DNA from: a virus
Lineage: Duplodnaviria > Caudoviricetes
Virus record (IMG/VR): IMGVR_UViG_3300028580_000062
Span: 9,428-73,427 of that record
Strand: one strand, 5' to 3'
DNA: 64,000 nucleotides
Both the position numbers and the translations under genes were made by a program. The notes below the pieces were generated by a model. The model did not search any database. It saw nothing but the letters and a program-made list of their open reading frames with translations, and was not told where the DNA came from. Each line of letters opens with the position of its first letter. Within the stretch, counting starts at the first letter, position 1. Below, one piece after another: positions 1 to 11,156 of the stretch.

Positions 1-998
1 TACTTGGGCGAGAATAAGAACACATGCTTTGAAGTGCAGTATAAGGGCCAAAAACGCCAGATGATTGAAGTGCTGAAAGGCCGCTACAACAGAGACATGG
101 ATTTCAAGGATACCGTTGACCTTGCAGCATCGGTTTGCCTCGATGAATACTTCGACAGCATTTATCCGGAGTTCCCTGTCATGAAGACCAAGGTAACCAG
201 AAAGAACATGGCAGAAAATGCCCGTCAGGCCTTTGATTACTTTGCAGGACGCAAGACGCAACCTGCAACACTGATGCTGCAGAGTTTTGGCATTCTGGAT
301 GGCGATAAAATCCGTCCGGAAGGTTCCAAGTATGCTGCTTACTTTATTGATTTACTCAAAAAGCTGCCGCCGCAGGGCGTTATCAACTATTCCGACATTT
401 TTGAGTTGAAGTTTGGCGATGTGTTTGAAGATAAGAAGTTCAAGATCAGCTTTCTGTTTACACCGATTGTATTTCTGTCTATGGTTTATGCCGGTTATGC
501 AACGATGACCCTGAAGAGTGGAACCGTCATCACGGCCTCAAATCTCGACCAGGTATCGAAGCTGGGCGTTATGGATTTGTACGAGTTCAAGTATCTGTCC
601 AGACCGGCTCAGATTTCTATGGTGGAGCTGAAGAAGCTGTTTGAGGTGCTGGATATCAATGGCGCGCTGCTGGATAATCCGAATGACCGTGAGGAAGGTG
701 TGAAACAGCTACTTGCAAAGGCTCAGGAACTGAGCAATTCCTCTGTTCTGGCTGCACGCAAGCTGCAGGAGGGCTTCGAACTCTGGGGTGAGCCGCTTGC
801 AAACGCGCAACAGGTTGATAGGATGCAGAAAGCCTGCACTGCCGTTCGTGACGAGTTCAGCAACTACTCGGCAAAATATAACACACCAGCGAAGTTGAAC
901 AACTTTAGTCTGACCGGAGAACAGGTTGATGAACTGGCAGAACAAATTGCACTCATCAAAACCGTCGCCGAGTATGTGACCTTCAAAGACTACTGTTC
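1..998 (+). pseudogene. brxC: BREX type 3 BrxC/PglY-like ATPase (DUF6079), 5' fragment (open at window edge), interrupted at 998
   Basis: ORF 4..1113 reads as a DUF6079-like protein up to ...YVTFKDYCS, then runs into AT-rich non-homologous sequence; it rejoins the 2450..3289 frame exactly; sits upstream of pglX-helicase-pglZ-brxA. Confidence 0.75.
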
Positions 999-1132
999 GT
1001 TTTGTCTACAAATGATTATATACCAAAGAAATTCAAAGCCATTGATAGAATGTCAGTTGGATTTTATGCGTAAAAACTTAAAAAATCGCATTGTTAAATT
1101 TCGATTTTGTTGATATGATTTCAATGGAATAA

Positions 1133-1160
1133 TTGATTTGCAAGTGTTATGCTATATAAT
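1133..1160 (+). promoter_or_regulatory. sigma-A-like promoter of the ClC cassette
   Basis: TTGATT (1133-1138), 16 nt, TATAAT (1155-1160), then GGAG before ATG 1174. Confidence 0.5.
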
Positions 1161-1173
1161 ATTGGAGAATTGA

Positions 1174-2418
1174 ATGATGAAAAAAATAATCAGTATAGTT
1201 GCTTTTGGTATTTTATCATTTATACTTGGAGCTGCTTCGGGGGCGATAGTATGGTTGATATTGAAAATAATGGATCTTGGCATTGAGTTTTTCTGGACTT
1301 GGCTGCCGGAAAAGTTCAACGCTGACGGCAGCCTGATATACTTCATGACGGTATGCCTCATCGGAGGATGCCTTATAGGTTTGTGGCAGAAAAAATACGG
1401 ACTGCTTCCAGATGAGCTGCCTGTAGTTTTGGGAAAGATTCACAAAGACGGTAGATACCCATATGATAATCTTCATATTCTGGCGGTGTCTGCATTGCTC
1501 CCGTTGATCTTCGGCGGGGCATTAGGACCTGAAGCAGGTCTTACCGGCATAATAGCCGGGCTTTGCTGCCTGGTAGGTGACAGACTCAGGTACAAAGGAG
1601 AAAAAGTGGCTGCGCTGGCGGAAACAGGCATGTCCGCTACGCTGGGAGTGATTTTTGGATCGCCGTTATTTGGAATAATCGACAGCCTTGAACCCGATAA
1701 TGAAAACGAACATTACAAGGCAAAGCTTGTCGATAAAAAAACCAGAATATTTGTTTATGTGTGCGGAGTAGCAGGGGGGATGTTGATCGTAAAAGGACTG
1801 ACTGCAGTCCTTGGCGGCGGAATGGGCCTTTCAAGATTTGACAGAGCACATGGCTACGGCATTGAACAGTGGAAATGGATAATCCCATTGATACTCGCAG
1901 GTATTGCCGGAGCATTTATATATTTGATATTCAATAAGCTGACATCAATGATTGGCAATAAGTTGAAAGATCACATAATTGTAAGATGCATGCTTGGCGG
2001 AGCGGTGCTTGCTTTGGTAGGCTGGTACGTACCCCTTACAATGTTGTCGGGAGAAACCGATATGGGTACAATTATGGCAGATTGGCAGACAATGAGCGTA
2101 TCGGTGCTTTTCGTTATCGCAGTGTGCAAGCTATTCCTGGTCAATTTCTGCCTGAATATGGGTTGGAGAGGTGGAAGCATATTCCCTATAATTTTCTCGG
2201 GAGTAGCCATTGGATTTGCTTTTGCACTGATGACAGGAATGGATGGGGCATATGCAGTAGCAGTTGTGTGCGGTGCCATATATGGATATATAATGAGAAA
2301 GCCTGTGACAGTTATCGCTGTGCTTCTGCTGTGCTTCCCGGTGACTTATATAGTGCCTCTCGGGATTTCAGCATTCATAGCGTCCAAAATACCGATGCCA
2401 CGCTGCCTGGTTGAATAG
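1174..2418 (+). CDS. ClC-family chloride channel/transporter (short, no CBS domain)
   Basis: 414 aa, many TM helices, GGALGPEAG and GWRGGSIFP motifs. Confidence 0.85.
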   Translation: MMKKIISIVAFGILSFILGAASGAIVWLILKIMDLGIEFFWTWLPEKFNADGSLIYFMTVCLIGGCLIGLWQKKYGLLPDELPVVLGKIHKDGRYPYDNLHILAVSALLPLIFGGALGPEAGLTGIIAGLCCLVGDRLRYKGEKVAALAETGMSATLGVIFGSPLFGIIDSLEPDNENEHYKAKLVDKKTRIFVYVCGVAGGMLIVKGLTAVLGGGMGLSRFDRAHGYGIEQWKWIIPLILAGIAGAFIYLIFNKLTSMIGNKLKDHIIVRCMLGGAVLALVGWYVPLTMLSGETDMGTIMADWQTMSVSVLFVIAVCKLFLVNFCLNMGWRGGSIFPIIFSGVAIGFAFALMTGMDGAYAVAVVCGAIYGYIMRKPVTVIAVLLLCFPVTYIVPLGISAFIASKIPMPRCLVE

Positions 2419-2449
2419 TTGAATGAAATAATTACGAAAGACAGATTGC

Positions 2450-3289
2450 TCTGCAGTTGTGAGCTATATTGCTAATATTGAGTTCCTTGATCTTGGAGCA
2501 GTTTTCAAGCAGGAGCTTGAGGCCGGAAAGGCAGCCTTTCGCGAAATCAGAGACGACATCGCAGATGGCGCTTCCGGTGAAACGGCAGCGCAGAAGGTTA
2601 CGACCGAACTGGATAAACTGAAAGATAAATACATTACGATGTACTTTGAGGAGCATAAGAAAAAGCGCCTTGACATCGAGGATGCAAAGCGCCGTGGAAA
2701 ATTGCAGGAAAGTGTTGCACTGGCAAATCTGCGCAAGCTGCGTAGCATAGAGATCCTTTCAGGTGCAAAGCTGACTGCCATTGAACAGGATATGGCTGAT
2801 CTGAAGGTCTGTTATGAACTAACACCTGTTGAGTTGAAGACAAGTCACATTTGCCCTCACTGCCACTATACCTATGGCGACAAGGCAAAAAATGTAGCCG
2901 GGCAACTGGACAACATTGATATTCGCATGGATGATTTGGTGACGGAATGGACAAATACGCTGCTCAACACAATCTCTGACCCGATTGTGGTTAGCCAGAA
3001 GGAGTACTTGAGTGCGGAACAGCAGAAGGTCATCGATGAGTTTATTTCCACCAAAACACTGCCAAAGCATGTAGACGATCACTTCGTGAATAGCATCAAG
3101 GCGCTGCTTCAGGGCTTTGAGCCAGTGGTTATCGATACGGAGGATATAGTTGCAAAGCTGGATGAGCTTGGCCCTTGTGATGTGGCTACATTCAAGAACA
3201 AGCTGAATAGCATTGTGGAGTCTTATATCAAGGGAAAAGATGCAGCTAAACTGCGTATCGTAGTGAAGCGGAAAGATAGTGAGGTGTAA
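2450..3289 (+). pseudogene. brxC: BrxC/DUF6079 C-terminal fragment
   Basis: In-frame continuation of the 5' fragment; coiled-coil and CPHC zinc motif; ends 2 nt before pglXI start. Confidence 0.75.
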
Positions 3290-3291
3290 CG

Positions 3292-5792
3292 ATGGAACCA
3301 AGAAAATTAACGAAAGAGGATATCGACAAAGTTCGCGACATTGAGGGCTTTCCGATTGCCAAGGATGAAGATATCATTGCTCTTTCAAATGCACCGTTTT
3401 ATACGGCATGTCCTAATCCATTTATAGATGAATTCATCAGGGAAAATGGGACTCCTTACGATGAAGCAACGGATGACTATCATTGCGAGCCTTTTGCTGC
3501 GGATGTAAGTGAAGGTAAATATAATCCAGTGTATAGAATGCATCCTTATCATACAAAAGTTCCTCATGCGGCAATTGTTAAATATTTGGAGCATTACACG
3601 AAACCTGGTGACCTTGTTTTTGACGGTTTTTGCGGAACGGGGATGACTGGTGTTGCAGCTCAATTATGCGGAGAGGGTAGCCTTTTTCATCCAACTGAAC
3701 CACGGAAAGCGATTATTTGTGATATTTCTCCCGAAGCTACATTTATTTCTAACGCATACAACCAATCATATAGCTTCGATAAGGTTTTTAAAGAGGCTCA
3801 AAGACTTGCAGACGAATGTGAAAAAAAGTACGGTTGGATGTATAAGACAAAAGTCGACGGTACTGTATTGGCCAATGTAGACTCTTGCGTATGGTCTGAT
3901 GTTTTCATTTGTCCGCATTGTGGGCATGAGTTCGTCTTCTGGGATGAAGCCGTGGATGTTGAAAATGGGAAAATACCTACACAGTTTAGTTGCCAATCTT
4001 GTGGTGCTAAATTGAAAAAGAATGACTGTCAGCATGCGATTGAAATTTCATATGACAAAATAATAGGAGAGACAATCAAAACCTACAAGCAAATCCCAGT
4101 GTTTATCGGATATAGTGGTGCTGCACGCGGTACCAAAAAAACCGATGAATATGACCTCGATATTATCAAAAAGATAGAGGATACTCCGGTGGAAGGCTTT
4201 ATTCCAATCGCGATTATACCAAATGGAGAAAAGACTCAAGAAGCCATTACGCGTGGAATTACACGATCATATCAATTTTACTATAAACGTTCTCTTTTGG
4301 CATTAAGTTATCTCTGGACAAATGGTAGTTTGAGAATAAAAAGTATTGTCTCAAAGCTGTTATTTAGAATGACTAAGCGATATGCATTGACATATCAAAG
4401 TGGCACATGGGGCGCAGGAGGCGGCCCTACTCCAGGAACGCTTTATATACCATCGTTGGTGAAGGAACTGAACATTATCAATCAATTCAGAGATGCAGTT
4501 CGAGATTATTCAAAGGCTTACTCAAATTATTCCGAAGGAAATGTATTGATTACAACCCAAAGTTCAACTGCGGTTCCTCAGATTCCGGATAATACTATTG
4601 ATTATATTTTTACTGACCCTCCTTTTGGAAGCAATATCATGTATTCGGAACTGAATTTTATATGGGAATCTTGGCTTAATGTATTTACGAATGAAAAAAG
4701 GGAGGCGATTGTAAGCCAACTTCATGGAAAGAATCTTTTGGATTATCAACAGTTAATGTCAAATTGTTTTTTGGAGGACTGTAGGATTCTCAAGCCTGGT
4801 CGTTGGATTACTATTGAATTTCATAATTCAAAAAATGCTGTGTGGAATTCAATTCAGGAAGCAATACAATCTGCAGGATTTGTTGTGGCAGATGTCAGAG
4901 TTTTGGATAAAAAGCGAGATAGCTTTAACCAAGTAAAAGAAGCAAGTCAGGCAATAAAACAGGATTTGGTAATTTCAGCATATAAACCTATGGGCGAGTT
5001 TCGCAAAAAATTCTCTCAAGATATTGGTAGTGAGGAAACAGTGTGGGACTTTGTCCGGCAACATCTTGAAAAGGTACCAAAAGTCGTTATTCAGGATGAT
5101 AAAATAAAAATCGTAACAGAACGTCAAGCATATTTGCTTTACGACAGAATGGTGGCATATCATATCGTGCAAGGAATTGCTGTACCTATCGACTCTACAA
5201 GTTTTTTCAGGGGACTGGATAGCAGGTATTTGAAACGCGATGACATGTATTTCCTGCCAAACCAAGTAAACGAGTATGATAAAGCTCGAATCAAGGCGGA
5301 TGTTGAGCCTATCCAATTCAGTTCAGTTTATTTGTTACAAATGAAAAAACTGCAATTTCTTGGCTTTATCAACAACTTAGCGAAGATTTTGACGGGCCAC
5401 AGACATACGCACAGCTTCAGCCAAAGTTCATGCAGGAAGTAAAGTCAGTAGATCAATATGAATCTATGCCAGAGTTAGCTGTTCTTCTTGAAGAAAACTT
5501 CCTTCAGGATGAGAAGGGCCGCTGGTATATCCCTGATGTGACCAAAGAAGGTGACGTTACCAAACTGCGTGAGAAGAATCTCTGGAAAGAGTTCGAAGGT
5601 TATATGAGCAGCAAGGGCAAGCTCAAACTGTTCCGTTCCGAAGCAGTCCGTGTGGGCTTCTCTCGGCTGTGGAAGGACAAAAACTACAAGGCCATCGTGG
5701 ACATTGCAGAGCGTCTGCCGGAGCAGACAATTCAGGAGGATGCAAATCTCTTGATGTACTACGATATTAGCTTAGGTCGTATCAAAGATTGA
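3292..5792 (+). pseudogene. pglX: BREX type 3 DNA methyltransferase PglXI, frameshifted at 5317-5326
   Basis: DGFCGTG (motif I) and FTDPPFG (motif IV), CPHC/CQSC zinc motifs; TTCAG-TTCAG duplication; deleting 5 nt joins ORF 3292 to ORF 5430..5792 (QFSLFVTNEKTAISWLYQQL...). Confidence 0.85.
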
Positions 5793-5803
5793 GGTGAAGA
5801 GGA

Positions 5804-7552
5804 ATGCTGGAAATCGGCGATTTCGCTTTTGACACGCTGGAACAAGCGAATGTGCAGGTACTGGAGAAAATTGAAGTATGGGGCTATGTTTCCTACAAGG
5901 TTTTCAATCCGGCTACCGGCCATGTCTACAAAGCGACAGAAGAACAATTGAATTCAGAAGTCGGTAGCATTCGCTACGATGAGAATTATCTGCGATATGT
6001 TGTACAGCTTTCAAAAATCAAAAACGAGACCGCCGGAGGCTTCCTTTCGTCACTGGCAAGCGGTATTATCCCGTTGCCGCATCAGCTTCATGTGCTCAAT
6101 CGCGCAATGGAGACAAACAATATCCGCTATATTCTGGCGGACGAAGTTGGTCTCGGCAAAACGATCGAAGCCGGGATGATTGTCAAAGAACTGAAGAGCC
6201 GTGGACTTGTCAGCCGAGTACTTGTGGTTTGTCCGACCGGTCTTGTAACACAGCCGTTACTGGAAACCATTGATGCCATAATGAGCGATGACAAGACCCA
6301 GAAAATCATTATCTTCACGGAGTTTGTTGCCACACAGAAATATCTGCAGGAGCTTCTGACAAATCGCGGCTTCTCTGTTACGGTCTTAAACGGTAGCATG
6401 GATATCGAAGAACGAAACGAAGCTATGCAGGAATTCAAGAACAGTACCAGTATCTTTATTTCGACTGATGCTGGTGGGGAAGGTCTCAACCTTCAGTTTG
6501 CAAATATCATCGTCAACTATGATCTGCCTTGGAACCCGATGAAAATCGAGCAGCGCTGTGGTCGTGCAGACCGTATTGGCCAGCAGAGAGACGTACATAT
6601 TTATAACTTTATCGTTTCGGATACAGTGGAAAATCGTGTGCGTGAAGTGCTGGAAGAAAAGTTGTCTGTAATTTTGAAGGAAATGGGCGTAGATAAATAC
6701 TCCGATGTTTTAGACAGCGAAGTCGCTGAGTGTGATTTTACTGAGGTCTATATGCGTTCCGTTGGTCATCCGGGACAGGTTGAAAAGAATACCTATCCGG
6801 TTGAAGCCGAGATGAAGCAGCAGCTCGCCAATGCAAAGAAATATAAGGATGTTATCCGTGAAGAAAAGGATTTGACACGTCTGGTTGGAACAGAATCTGA
6901 TTTTGATGTGGATGTGGCCCTTCGTACCATGATGACCTATTATGAGTGCTGGAAAGGCAATGACCCTCGGCTGATTGACCGTATCAGTATTGGTGATGAA
7001 GAAATTACAAAACATTTGCGGACAGAAATTCTTCAGGATAGAACAAATCCGCTGCTTTCAGTGAGCATTGCTAATTTCCCCAATGAGGCCGGTTATTTTA
7101 TGTTGTGGGAGCTTTCTATATCTGATGATGAAAGCGGAAAGCGTATTATCCCCATCTTTGTAAATGATGATATGATTTTACGTCCGATGGCAGGAAAGCG
7201 TTTGATGGATGTTTTCCTTGATGGCACCAGTCGTTTGACGATTGGAACTGCTCCAAATATAAAGGCAGAGAAATATGAAAATCTTGAGAAGCTCAGCATG
7301 GAATTCGCTTATGATACCTTCATGGAATTGAAGGGGAAGCAACTGCAGCTGAATCAGGAAAGCTATAACAAATATATGTATGCTTTAAAGCTCCGGATGG
7401 AAGCTGCTGAGCATATCGGAATAGAAAATATCCGCCGAGGCCGATTGGCGAAGCTGGAAAAAGAGAAGGCCACCATTGAATCTGAGCATAAGAAAGGTAC
7501 ACAAGTGTATCCGGACTTCCGCTTGATGCTGGCAGTCAGATTGGAGGCATAA
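5804..7552 (+). pseudogene. brxHII: BrxHII-like SNF2 helicase with in-frame internal deletion
   Basis: Motif I ILADEVGLGKT and motif Ia VVCPTGLVTQ are joined directly to the C-lobe (KIIIFTEF, STDAGGEGLNLQ, EQRCGRADRIGQ); no DEAH or SAT motif. Confidence 0.75.
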
Positions 7553-7555
7553 CGC

Positions 7556-9010
7556 ATGTTTGGAGACTATGTGCTGAAACAGGCAGCAGCAGAATACAAC
7601 AATCGAATACTCCTTATAGATGACGAAGGACTGGATGAAGCAACTCATTACAGTGCTGACTTTCAGGCGCATGGCTTTGAAGTGGTGCATTATACAGATG
7701 ATTTGACTTTTCGAATTGAGTATGAGGGTAAGCTGAAAAGTACAAAGGACAAGTTGCTGGTACTTGCACATTCTAATAGCTATATTCCCTATGACCTTCA
7801 ACGAAGACTTCGGGCTTATATTGTTTCAATGGACAGACTGTTTCCAAAGTTGAATATTGAGGTTTTGAAATCACACAGGAACCTTGATCTGGAGCTTTTA
7901 TGCTTAGCATATTTGAAGAATTTCGACGATCTTCGTCAGCGCAAACAGACGGAGGACTTTATTCAGGAAAAGGTTGACAGCCCGGAAAATGTTGCCGCGT
8001 ATCTTGAACAGCTTGATATTGAATTGCAGCAGAAGCAGGAGCAAGTTAATTCATATCGTGATTGGTTTGCCATTGCAGAGATAAAGGCGAAGATTGATAC
8101 GCTTGCTACTGAGCACAAATTGAATGTTGACACTTCAGTCGTAAACAGAGTTTTTAAAGATTATGTTTTGGCGCAGTTTGGTAAGCTGTCCTCTGAAATG
8201 AGCCGGGAGACACCCGTGCTTGTTAGCCGTGCGATGGATTACATGCACGACCATAGCAGCAAATTTGTGATTATAGTAATGGATGGTATGTCAGAATTTG
8301 ACTGGAGGATTATCTCTAAGTCCTTTCAGAATGTTCAATATGAGCAGACAGCTGCGTTTGCTATGATTCCAAGCACCACGTCGATTTCACGGCAGTGCCT
8401 GTTATCAAATAAAACACCAGGTCAGCTGCTGGAGCCGTGGAAACAAAGCAAGGAAAAGCAGGAATTTGTGGCCTGTGCAAAATCAATGGGCTATACAGAT
8501 AATCAGATAGGTTATGAACGTGGTTACGAGGCGCAGTTTGGCTCCTTTGTAAAGTGTGGCGCGGTCATAATTAACGATGTCGATGATATGGTGCATGCGC
8601 AGCACCAAGGCCGTCTGGGAATGCTAAATGACATTGGTGTTCTCTCCGATCAGCATAAGCTGGTAGACATGACAAAGCGGTTTCTTTCAGAAGGTTTTGA
8701 TGTTTATATCTCTGCAGACCATGGAAACACGCCATGCACTGGACTTGGAAAATTAATGGGTACTGGAGTGGAAACAGAGACAAAGAGCCACAGAATGCTG
8801 GTGCTACAAAACTTTGCTGACAAAGCAGGACTCATACAAAAGTATGGAATGATAGAATATCCGAAATATTATCTGAATAAGGACTTCGATTATCTGATTT
8901 GTGATGTAGGAGACTCCTTTGATGCCAAGGGCGAGGAAGTCATGACGCACGGCGGCATATCAATTGACGAGGTCATAGTACCTTTTATCAAAATAAAGGC
9001 GGTAAAGTGA
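7556..9010 (+). CDS. pglZ: BREX alkaline-phosphatase-like PglZ
   Basis: VMDGMSEFDW, ISADHGN and THGGISIDEVIVPF motifs; operon context. Confidence 0.9.
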   Translation: MFGDYVLKQAAAEYNNRILLIDDEGLDEATHYSADFQAHGFEVVHYTDDLTFRIEYEGKLKSTKDKLLVLAHSNSYIPYDLQRRLRAYIVSMDRLFPKLNIEVLKSHRNLDLELLCLAYLKNFDDLRQRKQTEDFIQEKVDSPENVAAYLEQLDIELQQKQEQVNSYRDWFAIAEIKAKIDTLATEHKLNVDTSVVNRVFKDYVLAQFGKLSSEMSRETPVLVSRAMDYMHDHSSKFVIIVMDGMSEFDWRIISKSFQNVQYEQTAAFAMIPSTTSISRQCLLSNKTPGQLLEPWKQSKEKQEFVACAKSMGYTDNQIGYERGYEAQFGSFVKCGAVIINDVDDMVHAQHQGRLGMLNDIGVLSDQHKLVDMTKRFLSEGFDVYISADHGNTPCTGLGKLMGTGVETETKSHRMLVLQNFADKAGLIQKYGMIEYPKYYLNKDFDYLICDVGDSFDAKGEEVMTHGGISIDEVIVPFIKIKAVK

Positions 9011-9718
9011 ATGGCAAAGATGGTAGGCTTATCGAGAAACTTGAAACTATCATGGTTGAATCAAGCCGTGGAGTTGGTTTCGAGCGAGTTGACAGAGAAT
9101 GAAATAAAAGAAAAATTGAATGAATACTTGGGCTTTGAAATCGGGAGTCCCACAAATGTTCGTAAGACCAGAGAAATTCTAATGTGCATCTGGAGCTATG
9201 AAAATGAATATACAGAAAAATTAAGACCTACAGCACTCGAACTGATTAAGAAATATCCGGATTATGCGCTTGAAATTCACTGGAGCATGATGTTGGCGGC
9301 TTATCCGGTTTTTATGGATATGTGCAAACTTATCGGTAAAATGTCAGAGTTCCAGGATGAGATTACGCTGGCCCAACTGAAGCAGAAGCTGTTTGATGAG
9401 TGGGGAGAGCGTACGACACTATATCACTCCATTGACAAACTGGTATCCACACTAAAAGAGTTTGGAGTTCTCATTTGCGACAAACCCGGAAAATACCGAA
9501 TCAGTAAGCACAAGGTTGCAAGAGATGAGATCAGTAGTTTTTTGGTTTATACCATGATGAATGTGGATGACAGTGGATATTATTCTTTTCAAGAGCTGAA
9601 CGCCTCAACATATCTGTTCCCATTCGAATATCGAGTGACCAAGGAAACTTTGTTGCAGGATGATCGTTTCGTAATGAACAATTTCGGTGGAGAACTATCG
9701 ATAGCACTGAACAACTAA
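9011..9718 (+). CDS. brxA: BrxA-like protein (DUF1819)
   Basis: 235 aa, abuts pglZ stop; last gene of type 3 BREX order. Confidence 0.7.
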   Translation: MAKMVGLSRNLKLSWLNQAVELVSSELTENEIKEKLNEYLGFEIGSPTNVRKTREILMCIWSYENEYTEKLRPTALELIKKYPDYALEIHWSMMLAAYPVFMDMCKLIGKMSEFQDEITLAQLKQKLFDEWGERTTLYHSIDKLVSTLKEFGVLICDKPGKYRISKHKVARDEISSFLVYTMMNVDDSGYYSFQELNASTYLFPFEYRVTKETLLQDDRFVMNNFGGELSIALNN

Positions 9719-10140
9719 TATCATTACTGTTGTGGATGTAGATTTAACAGATTACATCCGAGCGTAGTTTACTATTAATGATCTGACGGTGTTTTGCCGT
9801 GGCAGGGATAAAGAGCAGCACCGTTTAATTTTGCCCCACTTTTTAATTATCCATATTCTGACCGAAAGGAGACCTTGTAAAGATGGCATTAACAGCAAGA
9901 ATGGCTCGTCTCAAAATGCCCAATTTCAGGTGCAGAACGAGCCGTAGGAACTATCAAAACACGGGAAATGCCTTGTTTACAGGGCCTTTTCACTACACAA
10001 ATCCTTGTATCAAAAACGTGGTCTTGATAGACTCAGCTTAATATAGAGGCTATATTTTGATGGATATGTACGATTATTTAGTTATAACTTGCAGCACAAA
10101 GGAAATGCTGTGAAATGAATTAGAACAGGAGGCCATCAGC

Positions 10141-11124
10141 ATGGACGACCGTGGAGAAGTAATTATATATCAGACTGAAGACGGTTTGACAAAAATAGAT
10201 GTCACTATGCAGGATGAAACAGTGTGGTTGAGTCAGGCAGATATGTCAAAGCTTTTTCAAACGACTAAGCAAAATGTTAGTCTGCATATAAATAATATTT
10301 TTAAGGACGGAGAACTTGACAGTGCTTCAGTTGTCAAGGAATGCTTGACAACTGGTGCTGACGGAAAAAACTATAAAACAAAATTTTATAATCTGGATGT
10401 TATCATCTCCGTTGGCTATCGTGTCAAATCCCAGCGTGGTGTTCAGTTCCGTATATGGGCAACAAACATTTTAAAGGAATACATCAAAAAAGGTTTCGCG
10501 ATGGATGATGACCGCCTGAAAGAGTTGGGCGGTGGCGGATACTTTAAGGAGCTGTTGGAAAGAATCCGAGACATCCGGGCTTCTGAAAAGGTATTTTATC
10601 GTCAGGTATTGGAAATCTATGCGACCAGTGTTGATTACAACCCTAATGCGGAAGTCTCCATACAATTTTTCAAGCGAGTACAAAACAAGATCCATTATGC
10701 CGTTTCCGGCGAGACTGCGGCGGAGGTGATCTATCATCGTGCTGACGCAGAAAAGGATTTCATGGGTCTGATGACTTTTTCAGGAGATCAGCCTACGCTC
10801 CGTGAAGCGAAGACTGCAAAGAACTATCTGAATGAAAAAGAGCTTCGCGCAATGGGCCAGCTCGTTTCCGGATATCTTGATTTTGCTGAGAGACAGGCAG
10901 AGCGTGAGATTCCGATGACGATGGAGGACTGGGCCAGACATCTTGATGGCATTTTGACCTCCACAGGAGAAAAGCTGCTGATTGGAAATGGGACTGTCAG
11001 CCATGATCAGGCAATGGACAAGGCGCAGACGGAGTATAAAAAATACAAAGCGAAAACATTGAGCAGTGTGGAGCAGGACTACCTGAATAGCATAAAGCAG
11101 CTGGAAAAGAAGAGCAAAAAATAA
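10141..11124 (+). CDS. rhuM: RhuM family (virulence protein RhuM-like) DNA-binding protein
   Basis: YNLDVIISVGYRVKSQRGVQFRIWAT signature, ERIRDIRASEK. Confidence 0.9.
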   Translation: MDDRGEVIIYQTEDGLTKIDVTMQDETVWLSQADMSKLFQTTKQNVSLHINNIFKDGELDSASVVKECLTTGADGKNYKTKFYNLDVIISVGYRVKSQRGVQFRIWATNILKEYIKKGFAMDDDRLKELGGGGYFKELLERIRDIRASEKVFYRQVLEIYATSVDYNPNAEVSIQFFKRVQNKIHYAVSGETAAEVIYHRADAEKDFMGLMTFSGDQPTLREAKTAKNYLNEKELRAMGQLVSGYLDFAERQAEREIPMTMEDWARHLDGILTSTGEKLLIGNGTVSHDQAMDKAQTEYKKYKAKTLSSVEQDYLNSIKQLEKKSKK

Positions 11125-11156
11125 TCTATCATGGCTACAGGAAAATCTATGAATAA

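Larger units (their letters stand above)
997..2451 (+). mobile_element. Transposase-less inserted cassette carrying a promoter and a ClC gene, flanked by a TC direct repeat
   Basis: TC at 997-998 and 2450-2451; removing one TC plus the intervening DNA gives TAC TGT TCT GCA GTT GTG AGC TAT (YCSAVVSY), fusing both brxC fragments in frame. Confidence 0.75.

Noticed and set aside
1174-2418. ClC as a fluoride exporter (CLC-F)
   Set aside because: Lacks the GNNLI and GREGT signatures; has GPEAG instead
997-2451. ClC insert as a classical integron cassette or IS
   Set aside because: No attC RYYYAAC/GTTRRRY structure, no IntI, no transposase, no long terminal IRs; only a 2-bp duplication
10005-10035. 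CTTGTATCAAAAACGTGGTCTTGATAGACTC as an att half-site left of rhuM
   Set aside because: It resembles element-end sequences from memory but has no matching partner in the window; unsupported
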